Below, piece after piece: positions 61,493 to 64,000 of a stretch of 64,000 bases of DNA. The notes beneath the pieces were generated by a model. The model did not search any database and had not been told where the DNA came from. It saw only the letters and a program-made list of their open reading frames with translations. Both the position numbers and the translations under genes were made by a program. The DNA comes from Squalus acanthias. Taxonomy: Eukaryota. The stretch is taken from assembly GCA_030390025.1 (NCBI GenBank), contig JASTWF010000036.1:682001-746000 (forward strand). The letters are read 5' to 3'. Each line of letters opens with the position of its first letter. The first letter of the stretch is position 1.

Positions 61493-61598
61493 ATGGGCAA
61501 TATCCTGGTTAAGTGCGCGGTGATAGATTTGAGCATTCAGTGGGTTCTCTGGGCTGCAGCGAGCATTCTGCAAACCGAGAAGTTTTATGACTTGGCAG
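61493..61598 (+). CDS. Coding exon 1 of a DUF1295-family (steroid 5-alpha-reductase-like) membrane protein
   Basis: ggcATGG Kozak context; MGNILVKCAVIDLSIQWVLWAAASILQTEKFYDLA(G); donor CAG|GTAAGT. A hydrophobic stretch followed by TEKFYDLxG is characteristic of DUF1295 (recalled). Confidence 0.85.
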
Positions 61599-62365
61599 GT
61601 AAGTGCTTGGGGGGCGGGGCGGCGTGGGTGCAATTGACAAGAAATTTACAAACGGTGTATCGTTTATTTTGATTTTAATTGATTTTTGCTCCGTTCTCCT
61701 CTAGTCTTTGTGTTTTGAAAGACTGGACTTTGACGGGCGTTTACGTAACCATCGGTTTTGGATGTTTGCAACATTCTTCGGATTTGCTGGTTGCATAACT
61801 TTTGTCATGGCCTATTCAGTGCAGCAGTCAAACACACTAGTTTTCTGTTACCAGTTCTGTGCATATAGAATTAATGATCACAAATATCCTTTAATTTATA
61901 CAAACGAATACCCACAAATGCAATATCAGGAAAGGATGAACAGGCTGGGTCTCTTTTCTCTTGAAAAAAGAAGGCTGAGGGGTGACCAAATAGAAGTCTT
62001 TTAAAATTATGAAAAGTTTTGTTAGAGTGGATACAGAGAGAGAGTGTTTCCACTTGTGGGGAAGAGCATAACTAGAGGCCATCAATATAAGATAGTCATC
62101 AAGAAATCCAATAGGGAATTCAGAAGAAACTTCTTTACCCAGAGAGTGGTGAGAATGTGGAACTCGCTACCACAGGGAGTGGTTGAAGCGAATGGTATAG
62201 ATGCATTTAAGTGGCGTTTAGATAAGCATATGAGGGAGAAGGGAATAGAGGGTTATGCTGATAGATTTAGATGAGGAAAGACAGGAGGAGGCTCGAGTGG
62301 AGCATAAACGCCAGCATGGACTGGTTGGGCCAAATGGCCTGTTTCTGTGCCGTATATCCGATGTA

Positions 62366-63342
62366 CAGGAAACTCTCGTTTAAACGGCACCTAAAAGACA
62401 TACTTGCTCTCGAGGCAGTACAAAGAAGGTTCACTCGGTTAATTCCGGGGATGAGGGGGTGGACATACAAGGAGAGGTTGAGTAGATTGGGACTCTACTC
62501 ATTGGAGTTCAGAAGAATGAGAGGCGATCTTATTGAAACATATAAGATTGTGAAGGGGCTTGATTGGGTGGACGCGGTGAGGATGTTCCCAAGGATGGGT
62601 GAAACTAGAACTAGGGGGCATAATCTTAGAATAAGGGGCTGCTCTTTCAAAACTGAGATGAGGAGAAACTTTTTCACTCAGAGGGTAGTGGGTCTGTGGA
62701 ATTTGCTACCCCAGGAAGCTGTGGAAGCTACATCATTAAATAAATTTAAAACAGAAATAGACCGTTTCCTAGAAGTAAAGGGAATTAGGGGTTACGGGGA
62801 GCGGGCTGGAAATTGGACGTGAGTTTGAGTTCGGATCGGTCAAGGCCCTGTGGGTGGCGGAGCGGGCCGAGTGGCCTGGTCCTGCTCCTACTTCTTGTGT
62901 TCTTTAGAGTTGAGGTTGGATCAGATCAGCCATGATCTTATTGAATGGCGGAGCAGGCTCGAGGGGCCGATTGGCCTACTCCTGCTCCTATTTCTTATGT
63001 TCTTATGTTCTTAAATATCCGGAACTATCTAATAACCGGCAGAATTCATACTCCGAAAACTACAGTATACAGTTGTTTATAAGTTTTGTTTTACTGTTAA
63101 GTAATTAAAGAGTTATGGATTACCCTCAACTGGCAGTACTGTACTTAATCAAGCATCTTCCACCATCCATTTAACACAACATTCTGTCGGGGAGTACCCA
63201 ATTATACTGCACATTTCTTGATTTTTTTTTATTTTTGTTTGTTAAAAATAGCCTTGTTAGATATACCTCTCCGTTATCCGGAATTTTTAATCAACCGGCA
63301 CCATCCCGGTCCCATCGGTGCCGGATACCAAAGCGTTTCCTG
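62366..63342. mobile_element. Tc1/mariner (Tigger-like) MITE interrupted by a CR1
   Basis: TA-flanked imperfect TIRs: CAGGAAACtctcgtttaaaCGGCACC on the left, and CAGGAAACgctttggtatcCGGCACC as the reverse complement of the right end. Confidence 0.7.
62392..63012 (+). mobile_element. CR1 3' end, subfamily with duplicated 3' terminal module
   Basis: Uninterrupted ORF2 C-terminus up to 62822. Confidence 0.92.
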
Positions 63343-63446
63343 TAATAGTATTCGACTATTCTTCAACTGCTGAAGGTTTACTCCACACTCGTGTTCCAAT
63401 AAGACTTACAACAATTGGGACTGTTTTCTTTAGAACAGAGGAGATT

Positions 63447-63875
63447 TCTGGACTCAACATTGAGATCAACAATTTCAGACCATAACCTTTGCCCCTATTT
63501 TTTCAGATGGCAGCTGTTGATGATGATTCTGCTATTCCCATTTCCACCTCCTCTAGACCCATCTTTTGTTTCTTTACTTGTCCCATTACCATCTCCTTTT
63601 GCCTCACACCATCATCCCTTTTGTCATTTAATCTCTCCTGCCTTCCACCCTATCACAGACCTTCCCTTTTGTTCTATCCTCCCCTCCCCCCTTTCCCTGC
63701 CCCTGCACTTGCTTAAAATCTGTTACATCTCCAACTTTGTCCAGTTCTGACAAAAGGTCATCGACCTGAAACGTTAACTGTTTCTCTCTCCACAGATGCT
63801 GCCTGACCTGCTGAGTATTTCCAACATTTTCTGTTTTTATTTCAGATTTCCAGCATCTGCAGTATCTTGCTTTTG
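63447..63875 (+). mobile_element. Penelope-like 3' fragment, family B, with mutated hammerhead core (CTGACAA)
   Basis: SGLNIEINNF tail; homologous to 33693-34180 and 36820-37230. Confidence 0.8.
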
Positions 63876-64000
63876 AGATTAAGGGGTGATTTGATCGAGT
63901 TTCATATATGAGGGGATAGGACAGTGGCCTAGAACCAGGGTACCTAGCTATACGATTAAAGGTCAGAGATTTAGACGGAGAGCAAGAAAAATATTTTCAC

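Overview
Eukaryotic, repeat-dense vertebrate DNA. The SacSINE1-like DeuSINEs, an HE1-like V-SINE and abundant CR1 point to a shark or other elasmobranch. It has two assembly gaps (2215-2714 and 52117-52316). The minus strand carries the 5' half of a RhoGAP gene that I identify as ARHGAP9: seven GT-AG exons splice in frame from 36330 to 3746 (WW domain, linker, most of the PH domain). Three candidate promoters/first exons lie at about 56.8, 46.2 and 17-18 kb. The plus strand carries coding exon 1 of a DUF1295-family membrane protein gene at 61493, head-to-head with ARHGAP9. The rest is mostly CR1, L2, RTE, Penelope-like, SINE, solo-LTR and DNA-transposon debris. Three features stand out. First, ten minimal hammerhead-ribozyme motifs occur in two Penelope-related families, including short TSD-flanked fold-back elements with a ribozyme on each arm. 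Second, five minisatellite families arose in situ by tandem amplification of a short internal segment of their host LINE or SINE. Third, the alternative ARHGAP9 starts would give SH3-less or PH-GAP-only isoforms. Most long ORFs in the ORF track are artefacts of repeats or N gaps. Family names and protein similarities are from recalled sequences, not searches, and repeat boundaries are approximate.
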